From an uncultured Candidatus Competibacteraceae bacterium (lineage in GTDB: Bacteria > Bacteroidota > Bacteroidia > CAIKAF01), in the NCBI GenBank assembly GCA_964545365.1, contig CAZJFM010000003.1, positions 427-64,426 on the forward strand: DNA of 64,000 bases. Reading direction: 5' to 3'. The position numbers and the translations under genes were made by a program. Numbering within the stretch: position 1 is the first letter of the stretch; each line of letters starts with the position of its first letter. Below are positions 57,416 to 64,000 of this stretch, one piece after another. The notes under the pieces are model-generated. The model searched no databases, had not been told where the DNA came from, and saw nothing but the letters and a program-made list of their open reading frames with translations.

Positions 57416-58199
57416 AATTGGCAGGCTTTAAATCGCCTGTGAGGATGCGGATAAAATCTACCAATGCCCAAATACCGCAACAACCACCGGTTAACAATTG
57501 GATGATGCCAATTACGGTATAGCCTAAATAAAACCGATGCACGCCCAATGCCCCAAAGAAAAAGCAAAGCAGTGCTGCCACCAACTGGCTGAGTCCCACG
57601 TATGGCCCTTGCTCTTGATTTTCTGAGCTGGTCACCGTATCGGAGTCCTCCGAACTTTCGCTTCTTGCCTTTTCAATGATGGTTGGTTCTTCCTCCTCTT
57701 TCTCTTTTTCCGGCACTTCAGGTTCTGTCAAATCGTTAAACAACATGCTGGTGCCTTTAGCGTAGACAATGCGGTGCACCCGCTCCAATGGCTCCACCAT
57801 AATGTCACCGGATTCTTTTTGACCACAATTTTTGTAGGCCACTCCCGATTCACGTACCTCTACTATATGCACTTCCCTTTCCGAACCATCAATGAATACA
57901 ATTCGGTCGCAATCTTCATCAAAGAAAACCCGAATTGGAGAAATGGGTTCCGCTGTGGCTGCCTCCAAAGTGGCTTCCTTCTTTTCTGTTTCTGCTGCAC
58001 CCATGGCTGCCCAGGCCAGACCAAGCTCCGGTTTTGCAGCTGTTGCTTTTGTGGGTGTTTTTATGTTTTTAGCCATGCGCCACGCATAGCCGGGATTGTA
58101 TTTCCTTTTCTGTGCAAAACGGCCATTGCTCACTTGGTCGGTGGTTTCGCAGGAAAGGAGAGCGATTAAAAAACAGAGAATTAAAGGGAAAAGTCGCAT
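57390..58199 (-). CDS. TM2 domain-containing lipoprotein-like protein
   Basis: Signal MRLFPLILCFLIALLSC. Acidic linker. C-terminal TM2 domain (GALGVHRFYLGYTVIGIIQLLT...GIWALVDFIRIL). Start taken at ATG 58199 rather than 58268. Confidence 0.65.
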   Translation of the reverse strand: MRLFPLILCFLIALLSCETTDQVSNGRFAQKRKYNPGYAWRMAKNIKTPTKATAAKPELGLAWAAMGAAETEKKEATLEAATAEPISPIRVFFDEDCDRIVFIDGSEREVHIVEVRESGVAYKNCGQKESGDIMVEPLERVHRIVYAKGTSMLFNDLTEPEVPEKEKEEEEPTIIEKARSESSEDSDTVTSSENQEQGPYVGLSQLVAALLCFFFGALGVHRFYLGYTVIGIIQLLTGGCCGIWALVDFIRILTGDLKPANYEDYEEKL

Positions 58200-58611
58200 G
58201 GATAAGGTATTTCGGAGCAAATATATAGATTTTATGGTTTTGGGCGGCCGGGCGGGCCCTTGTTGCAAGTCCTCACAGGCAAGTTTCTGTGGCTAAGCCG
58301 TGCGTGGTCCCCCGAAGCCTCGGGGGCCTCCGCCGGCCAAGCCACAGTGCCTTGCCTGCTCCGGGCTTTTCACAGCGGTCCCTGCCGCAAATTCAACCTC
58401 CGAGTGTGGTGTATTTCATGCCTTAATGACCGGTGCGCTGCGTCCATGTAAAGCGTCTCTTGGACTCAAAATAGTTGCAAGCCAAAGAAATTCCGTATAT
58501 TTGCAGTCATAATTCAATATCTCATCCCGCACCTGCAACCCAATTTTTACGATTCTATCAGGTCTGAAGAGCCGTTTTTACCGGCCAGCGCGGGGTGTAC
58601 AAATTCAATGT

Positions 58612-60003
58612 ATGCATAAATCAAATCAGGCTTCCGATGGGAAGCGCGGGAACCAAGAGAGAAACCATTACCGTCCTCAAAAATCAAGATCGAGAAACAA
58701 CAAGAAAAGTAGCAGAGAATTTATTTCTCTGGACATGTTGCAAAAAGAGGCCAAAGCGCCTACCGTGGAAGAGCAAATGCAAACGCGCAGTTTTGATTCT
58801 TTGAACCTTTACCACGGCTTTGCCCGTAACCTTAAAAGTCAAAATATTGAACGCATGACCGAGATCCAAGAAGGAACTTGGGATCCGCTCATGGAAGGCG
58901 AGAATGTGCTAGGCTTAGCACGCACCGGCTCCGGCAAAACACTGGCTTTTTTGTTGCCATTGCTTCAGCGTAAAATGGACGGTGAGTCCGGTCTAAAAGC
59001 CTTGGTCATTAGTCCAACCCGTGAATTGGCAGGACAAATTGGCGCCAATGCCAATAAACTGGTAGCAGGTACCAACATCAAAGCAGCTTGCTTTACCGGC
59101 GGTACAGATATGCTCAACGATATCCGTCACTTGCACCGCAAACCCGAGATTGTTATCGGCACTCCCGGTCGTCTAATGGACCTTTTGGAAAGAGGGCACA
59201 TGGATTTAAGGGGCTTTTCGGTGCTCATTCTCGACGAATTTGACCGTATGCTAGACATGGGATTCGTGGACGACGTGCATATGATTGCCTCTGCCATGCC
59301 CCAGCGTCAGCAAACCTTGCTTTTTTCTGCCACCGTTCAAGGCCGAATTGAGCCTGAAATCAAACGCATTTTAGATGGCGCTCCAGCCGTTCGGGTGGAA
59401 GTAAATAAAGGCGATAAGCCCAATGAGAGTGTGCAGCAAGAAGTGGTGCATGTGCCCGAAGGAGGTACCCGTTTCGATACCTTGGTGGATGTGCTCAAGG
59501 AAAAAGGCGGAGAACGCGTATTGGTGTTCTCTGAAACCAAGCGCGGGGTAAGCAAAATCACCGCTCGTCTTAAAAAGGCAGGAGTTGCCGTCGACGAAAT
59601 TCATGGCGATAAGTCACAAAATTACCGCAACCGGGCTTTGGATAAATTTAAGAAAGGTAAAATCCGGGTTTTAGTGGCTACCGATGTAGCCGCCCGTGGC
59701 CTTGATATCCCTTTGGTTTCAGACGTTATTAACGTCGAAATCCCAAGAACCTACGACAGCTACATTCACCGAATCGGCAGAACAGGTAGAGCAGGAAATT
59801 TGGGTCGTGCCTTTACTATTGTAGAGGGCAACGAAGGTAGATCGGCTTCCGGCGGATCTAATGGTGGACGCGGGAATTCAAGACCTCCCAGAAGCGATAA
59901 ATTCAAATCGGAGCGTAGTCAAACCGGGTTTAAGCCAAAAGGACAACGTAAGTTCCAAAGCAACAAACCCAAAGCAGCTAAGGACGCTCAAGTTACCTTT
60001 TAA
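58612..60003 (+). CDS. DEAD-box ATP-dependent RNA helicase (motif II variant DEFD) with basic N- and C-terminal extensions
   Basis: Q-motif/motif I LARTGSGKTLAF. Motif II ILDEFDRM. SAT. Motif VI HRIGRTGRAG. Gly/Arg-rich tail. The exact start is uncertain (several in-frame Mets). Confidence 0.88.
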   Translation: MHKSNQASDGKRGNQERNHYRPQKSRSRNNKKSSREFISLDMLQKEAKAPTVEEQMQTRSFDSLNLYHGFARNLKSQNIERMTEIQEGTWDPLMEGENVLGLARTGSGKTLAFLLPLLQRKMDGESGLKALVISPTRELAGQIGANANKLVAGTNIKAACFTGGTDMLNDIRHLHRKPEIVIGTPGRLMDLLERGHMDLRGFSVLILDEFDRMLDMGFVDDVHMIASAMPQRQQTLLFSATVQGRIEPEIKRILDGAPAVRVEVNKGDKPNESVQQEVVHVPEGGTRFDTLVDVLKEKGGERVLVFSETKRGVSKITARLKKAGVAVDEIHGDKSQNYRNRALDKFKKGKIRVLVATDVAARGLDIPLVSDVINVEIPRTYDSYIHRIGRTGRAGNLGRAFTIVEGNEGRSASGGSNGGRGNSRPPRSDKFKSERSQTGFKPKGQRKFQSNKPKAAKDAQVTF

Positions 60004-60047
60004 TTCGAACTTTAGTCCTTTGGTTTACGTTTGGTAAAAAAGAGCCT

Positions 60048-60317
60048 ATGGACGCCTTAACGGAAACCGAAATAGACCGAATTATTGAAATGGCCTGGGA
60101 GGATCGAACTCCTTTCGAGGCCATTTTTGTTCAGTTTTCGCTTTCGGAATCGGATGTAATTCGGCTTATGCAACGCCAATTAAAGCCAAATTCTTTCAAG
60201 CGGTGGAGAAAGAGAGTCCAAGGTCGTTCTACCAAACACTTGAAGCTAAGAAGTTTCACAGCCGGCACCTTTAAAAGTAAGGCGCAAAGGCACATCACCG
60301 GAAATCGAATATCCTGA
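60048..60317 (+). CDS. small conserved hypothetical protein
   Basis: 89-aa ORF (EIDRIIEMAWEDRTPFEAI) with a basic C-terminus. Reminiscent of a widely conserved small-protein family, but I cannot name it with certainty. Confidence 0.4.
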   Translation: MDALTETEIDRIIEMAWEDRTPFEAIFVQFSLSESDVIRLMQRQLKPNSFKRWRKRVQGRSTKHLKLRSFTAGTFKSKAQRHITGNRIS

Positions 60318-60364
60318 TAGAATTAAGATTTAGTATTACTTTTCGCCCGGCTATACATTCGCCT

Positions 60365-61339
60365 ATGAACACAGAAAACATTGCCCTGACGCAAGCCTCT
60401 AAAAAACCAAGTTACACCTCCCCTGAGGGGCCGGCGCCTCAAGCGTTGGAAAAGGAAAACCGCAACAAGCCTCGAATGGTAGATCAATTAGGTTTTGCCT
60501 TGATTCACTTGTCTCCCTTGTTTATGATTTGGACAGGGTTCACTTGGAAAGACTGGCTGGTGTGTTTGTTTATGTATTATTTCCGAATGTTCTTTATTAG
60601 TTCGGGTTACCATCGCTACTTTGCTCATAAAACCTACAAGACCGGACGGATTTACCAGTTTTTAATTGCGTTTTTTGCTCAAACCAGCGTGCAAAAAGGC
60701 GCACTTTGGTGGGCCTCTACCCATAGGGTGCACCACCGCTACAGCGATACGCCAAAAGATCCGCACTCTGCCAATATCTATGGTTTTTTCTATGCCCACA
60801 TGGGATGGATTATGGGACCCGATTACCAAAAAACCCGGTACGACTTAATCCAGGATTTTGCCAAATACCCTGAACTACGGTTTTTGAATAAGTTTTTTCT
60901 GGTCCCTCCGGTGATTATGGCGGCAGCTATTTATTTTTTAGGCAACAAACTCAATGGTACCGGTTGGACCGATTGGAATGCCGGCTGGTCCACGTTGGTG
61001 GTAGGTTTCCTTACTTCTACAGTAATTTTATATCACGGAACCTTTACCATTAACTCGTTAATGCATAAAATTGGGAAGCGCAGGTACCGTACCAAAGACC
61101 ATAGCCGCAACAATTTTATTCTTGCGCTAATTACCATGGGCGAAGGTTGGCACAACAACCACCATTATTACCAAGGCGCTTGCAGACAAGGCTTTTTTTG
61201 GTGGGAGATTGACCCCAGCTTTTATGTCCTCAAGCTACTTTCTTTTGTAGGAATTGTGAGTGATATACGCGGAGTTCCCGACGAAGTGAAATTCAGCGAC
61301 AAACGAATCGACGGAAAGAAAGCACCCCAAAACGCTTAA
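60365..61339 (+). CDS. acyl-CoA/acyl-lipid delta-9 fatty acid desaturase (membrane di-iron, histidine-box family)
   Basis: Three His boxes: HRYFAHKTYK, HRVHHRYSDT, and HNNHHYY. Four TM helices. 324 aa. Confidence 0.9.
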   Translation: MNTENIALTQASKKPSYTSPEGPAPQALEKENRNKPRMVDQLGFALIHLSPLFMIWTGFTWKDWLVCLFMYYFRMFFISSGYHRYFAHKTYKTGRIYQFLIAFFAQTSVQKGALWWASTHRVHHRYSDTPKDPHSANIYGFFYAHMGWIMGPDYQKTRYDLIQDFAKYPELRFLNKFFLVPPVIMAAAIYFLGNKLNGTGWTDWNAGWSTLVVGFLTSTVILYHGTFTINSLMHKIGKRRYRTKDHSRNNFILALITMGEGWHNNHHYYQGACRQGFFWWEIDPSFYVLKLLSFVGIVSDIRGVPDEVKFSDKRIDGKKAPQNA

Positions 61340-61373
61340 AAGGCTTTTCGTTTTTGGGAAGCTTACTATTTTT

Positions 61374-62399
61374 GTGCGCGTCATGGAACAATCTGCAATA
61401 CAAACCGATATTTGCATCGTAGGAGCCGGCCCGGTAGGTCTTTTTGCTGTTTTTGAGGCCGGTCTGCTTAAAATGCGCTGCCATTTGGTAGATGCGCTTC
61501 CCCAAGTGGGTGGCCAACTTTCGGAAATTTATCCCAAAAAGCCAATCTACGATATTCCCGGCTACCCTTCGGTTTTAGCAGGTGAATTGGTAGACAAACT
61601 CATGGAGCAAGCAGCCCCATTTAAACCTGGATTTACTTTAGGTGAACGGGTTGAGTCCTTGGAACGCCAAGCAGACGACAGCTTTGTGGTAACTACCTCA
61701 GAAGGCACCCAAATAGCTTGCAAAGTGGTAGTAATTGCAGGGGGCTTAGGCTGCTTTGAGCCTAGAAAGCCTGCGGTAGGAAACTTAGAGAAATTTGAAG
61801 GAAAAGGGGTTGCTTATATGGTATTGGACCCTGAAAAATACAGAGACCAAAAAGTGGTTTTGGCCGGAGGTGGCGATTCCGCTTTGGATTGGGCTATTTT
61901 TCTCTCGGATGTCGCCTCAGAACTCTCTTTGGTCCACCGAAACAATACCTTTAGAGGTGCCCCCGAAAGTGCAGAAAAGGTATTTGACCTGGCCAAAGCC
62001 GGAAAATTGAATTTATTGTTGGAAAGTGAGGTCACCCAAATATCGGGCAATGGGCATTTGCAAACCGTTACCGTTACCAACAAACAAAAGGAAATTCAGG
62101 AGTTAAACACCGACGCATTTATTCCCTTGTTTGGGCTTACTCCAAAATTAGGTCCCATTGCCGATTGGGGCTTAAACATAGATAAAAATGCCATAGAAGT
62201 AGATACCTTTGACTACAGCACCGGAGTGCCCGGAGTTTTTGCTATTGGCGATATAAATACCTACCCGGGAAAGTTAAAGCTTATTCTTTGTGGCTTTCAC
62301 GAAGCGGCACTTATGGCTCAATCGGCTTTTAAATTCGTCTACCCCGACCAAAAGCTTAGCTTTAAGTACACCACCGTAAACGGGGTTAATGCCTTCTGA
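61374..62399 (+). CDS. ferredoxin--NADP+ reductase, thioredoxin-reductase-like (type 2 FNR, YumC-like)
   Basis: FAD-binding ICIVGAGPVGLFA. Second NAD(P) site VVLAGGGDSALDWA. No CxxC redox-active disulfide, so this is FNR rather than TrxB. 341 aa. Confidence 0.85.
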   Translation: MRVMEQSAIQTDICIVGAGPVGLFAVFEAGLLKMRCHLVDALPQVGGQLSEIYPKKPIYDIPGYPSVLAGELVDKLMEQAAPFKPGFTLGERVESLERQADDSFVVTTSEGTQIACKVVVIAGGLGCFEPRKPAVGNLEKFEGKGVAYMVLDPEKYRDQKVVLAGGGDSALDWAIFLSDVASELSLVHRNNTFRGAPESAEKVFDLAKAGKLNLLLESEVTQISGNGHLQTVTVTNKQKEIQELNTDAFIPLFGLTPKLGPIADWGLNIDKNAIEVDTFDYSTGVPGVFAIGDINTYPGKLKLILCGFHEAALMAQSAFKFVYPDQKLSFKYTTVNGVNAF

Positions 62400-62740
62400 T
62401 GATGGACGAATCGTTTGTGTCCATAGAAGCGGAAGACCTAAATGGCCGTACCTCTCATTTTGAGGTTCCCAAAGGCATGGGCCTTTCTTTAATGGAAGTG
62501 CTCAAGGGCGAAGGGTTTCCTATTTTGGCCACCTGTGGCGGTATGGCCTTGTGCGCTACCTGCCACGTTCAGGTACTGCAAGGGTACGATGCCCTGCCCG
62601 AAGCTTCAGACGATGAATTGGATATGTTGGAGTCCTTGCCGGTGCTAACGGATACTTCGCGGCTCAGTTGTCAATTAAAGATTGATGCTTTGGAACTTTC
62701 CTCGCTTCATGTAAAAGTGTTGGGGGAAGACAATAGTTAG
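62399..62740 (+). CDS. 2Fe-2S ferredoxin (adrenodoxin/putidaredoxin type)
   Basis: Cys ligands in CGGMALCATCHV plus a distal Cys (LSCQ). 113 aa. ATG overlaps the reductase stop (TGATG). Confidence 0.85.
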   Translation: MMDESFVSIEAEDLNGRTSHFEVPKGMGLSLMEVLKGEGFPILATCGGMALCATCHVQVLQGYDALPEASDDELDMLESLPVLTDTSRLSCQLKIDALELSSLHVKVLGEDNS

Positions 62741-62841
62741 CTTTTTCTAGACCTTATATCTTCATAGAAAATTCATATTTTTGAGTTTTGAACCTTATTT
62801 TGGGGAAAACTCGTTTTTTCTTTCTACTTTAGTAGTGCAAA

Positions 62842-63564
62842 ATGTCGCCAATGTTAAGACAAATAACCACGTACCTTCTTGTGCTTTTCACCTTGGCTGG
62901 TGGTTTTCAGTCTTGTTCTTATCATTATGCTAAGAAAATCAAGGCTTACCGTCGTGCTACCCTAGGAGCACCCAATAAAGCCACTAACGATTTTGTTACC
63001 GGTCGCTCCAAGACAGGCTACTCCGCTGACTTAGTCCATAAAATTGCTATCGGCTCTTCTATGGGATTCAACTCCTTTAGTTTGGTAGAGAACAATGTTT
63101 CGGCTTCGGTTAGCGGCACCGTCTTAATGGCCGACTTGCATTACCATTTGCGTTGGAACTTTTTGCCCATAGGTTACAAATCTTCGCTTAGCGCAGACTT
63201 TCCCTTTCACCTTGGTATACCCCTGGTGGCTTCCGCGACCGGAACTTCCAGCGATGGCCTAGCGGTAACCCGAATTAAAGATATCGGTCCCATGGACATG
63301 AGCTTCTTTATTCCGGCAACCGTTAATTTTAATTACGGACGTAACGCGCAGGCAGGGGTTCGTGGAGCAGGCATAGGATTTGGTGGTGGCTATATGATTG
63401 CTATTTCACCGGGAACAGATTTCGCAGATGCAGGTCCATTTACACACGGTCCGATGGGACAGTTCAATTTCCGATTTGGAGCTTGTACGCTTGGAAGTTG
63501 GTCCATGTATAGCATGCGTCATCAAACCTTCCAGGTAGGGGGATTGTTTGGAATTTCCTTCTAA
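62842..63564 (+). CDS. hypothetical lipoprotein (Gly/Ser-rich, possible beta-barrel)
   Basis: Signal plus lipobox GGFQSCS. Alternating hydrophobic pattern. C-terminal aromatic residue (ISF). Confidence 0.5.
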   Translation: MSPMLRQITTYLLVLFTLAGGFQSCSYHYAKKIKAYRRATLGAPNKATNDFVTGRSKTGYSADLVHKIAIGSSMGFNSFSLVENNVSASVSGTVLMADLHYHLRWNFLPIGYKSSLSADFPFHLGIPLVASATGTSSDGLAVTRIKDIGPMDMSFFIPATVNFNYGRNAQAGVRGAGIGFGGGYMIAISPGTDFADAGPFTHGPMGQFNFRFGACTLGSWSMYSMRHQTFQVGGLFGISF

Positions 63565-63699
63565 GGCGCTTCGTATTCCTTTTCTTTCCGTTTTTGACTT
63601 ACCATTTCCTCGGACGTCTTTGTTTGGGGAATAGAAGTTCTGTCTTTAATACATTTGGAATTATTTCATTATTAAAGAAGTAGCATATCTTATGCTGGA

Positions 63700-63860
63700 A
63701 GATATGCGCCAGGGACCGGCACGGATACCCCGCCCTAGGGTTTGGGTTGGCAAAACATGCAGGCGGGTGTGTAGCTTTGCGGAACGCCCCGGCTTCATAG
63801 TTTTGCCCCCAAAACCTAGGGTGGAGTAGGAGGGAGGGCCCGCCCGGGCGCCCTAAACCT
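63700..63860. repeat. diverged third copy of the ~150-bp palindromic element
   Basis: Shares the termini ccagggaccgg.acgga and ggagggagggcccg, and the internal ttggcaaaac, with the copies at 41745 and 51318. The ORF 63599..63898 inside it is likely spurious. Confidence 0.65.
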
Positions 63861-64000
63861 ATTTTCGTTTCTTTAATTGATGCGTTAGCTGCCACCAAAG
63901 CAGCCGGTCTAGGCCATTAAACAGGCAGTTTTCTTCCCATTCCACGCCGGGTTTTCGATCCGGGTGCAGCCATCGGTTTTCGCAACGCCAGCCCGGTGGA

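Noticed and set aside
1-64000. Searched for CRISPR arrays, rRNA genes, transposases/integrases and riboswitches
   Set aside because: There are no regularly spaced direct repeats with unique spacers. The hairpin arrays at 27079-27250 lack spacers of constant length. There are no rRNA-like stretches and no DDE or tyrosine-recombinase motifs in any long ORF.

Overview
This 64 kb window looks like a chromosomal segment from a gliding Bacteroidota genome, judged from T9SS C-terminal sorting domains, a gldE/gldD locus, TonB-dependent receptors, a Bacteroidetes-type IleS and no Shine-Dalgarno-style signals. GC is about 50%, apart from a lower-GC (~40%) stretch at 1..~4750. I call about 60 protein-coding genes and one tRNA-Leu(TAG).

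Most of the window is housekeeping, though several blocks sit in unusual arrangements:
- nrdA/nrdB
- trpS
- nadD
- pyrC-like
- ridA-ileS-dksA-like-lspA
- ssb-gldE-gldD
- clpP-clpX-tig
- hflX-rsmB
- a second Sun-family methyltransferase and rlmB

Accessory content:
- The lower-GC stretch carries uncharacterised small operons plus an M15-like peptidase, and M23 peptidase and Fic genes lie just beyond it at 5059..6838.
- A PII-like/SbtA-like transporter pair.
- An orphan dnaE2-like polymerase translationally coupled to a HAD phosphatase.
- A PhoB/OmpR-type two-component system.
- A GDH-like gene followed by ExbB-ExbD-TonB.
- A putative extracellular-DNA scavenging locus: LTD protein, TonB-dependent receptor, lipoprotein and endonuclease I, with the two secreted enzymes carrying T9SS C-terminal domains.
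- A Gly-rich PKD protein.
- A desaturase with a dedicated ferredoxin-NADP reductase and 2Fe-2S ferredoxin.

The non-genic signal that stands out most is a family of intergenic palindromic repeats. One is an 18-bp hairpin unit, CCTGAC-CGAAGC-GTCAGG, that appears in at least four intergenic clusters; one of those clusters contains longer repeats and one nested hairpin insertion. A separate ~150-bp palindromic element is present as two inverted copies flanking a 9.4-kb housekeeping segment, with a third diverged copy near the window end.

I found no transposase, integrase, CRISPR array or rRNA gene. Many six-frame ORFs that are antisense to long genes or lie inside repeats are treated as spurious.
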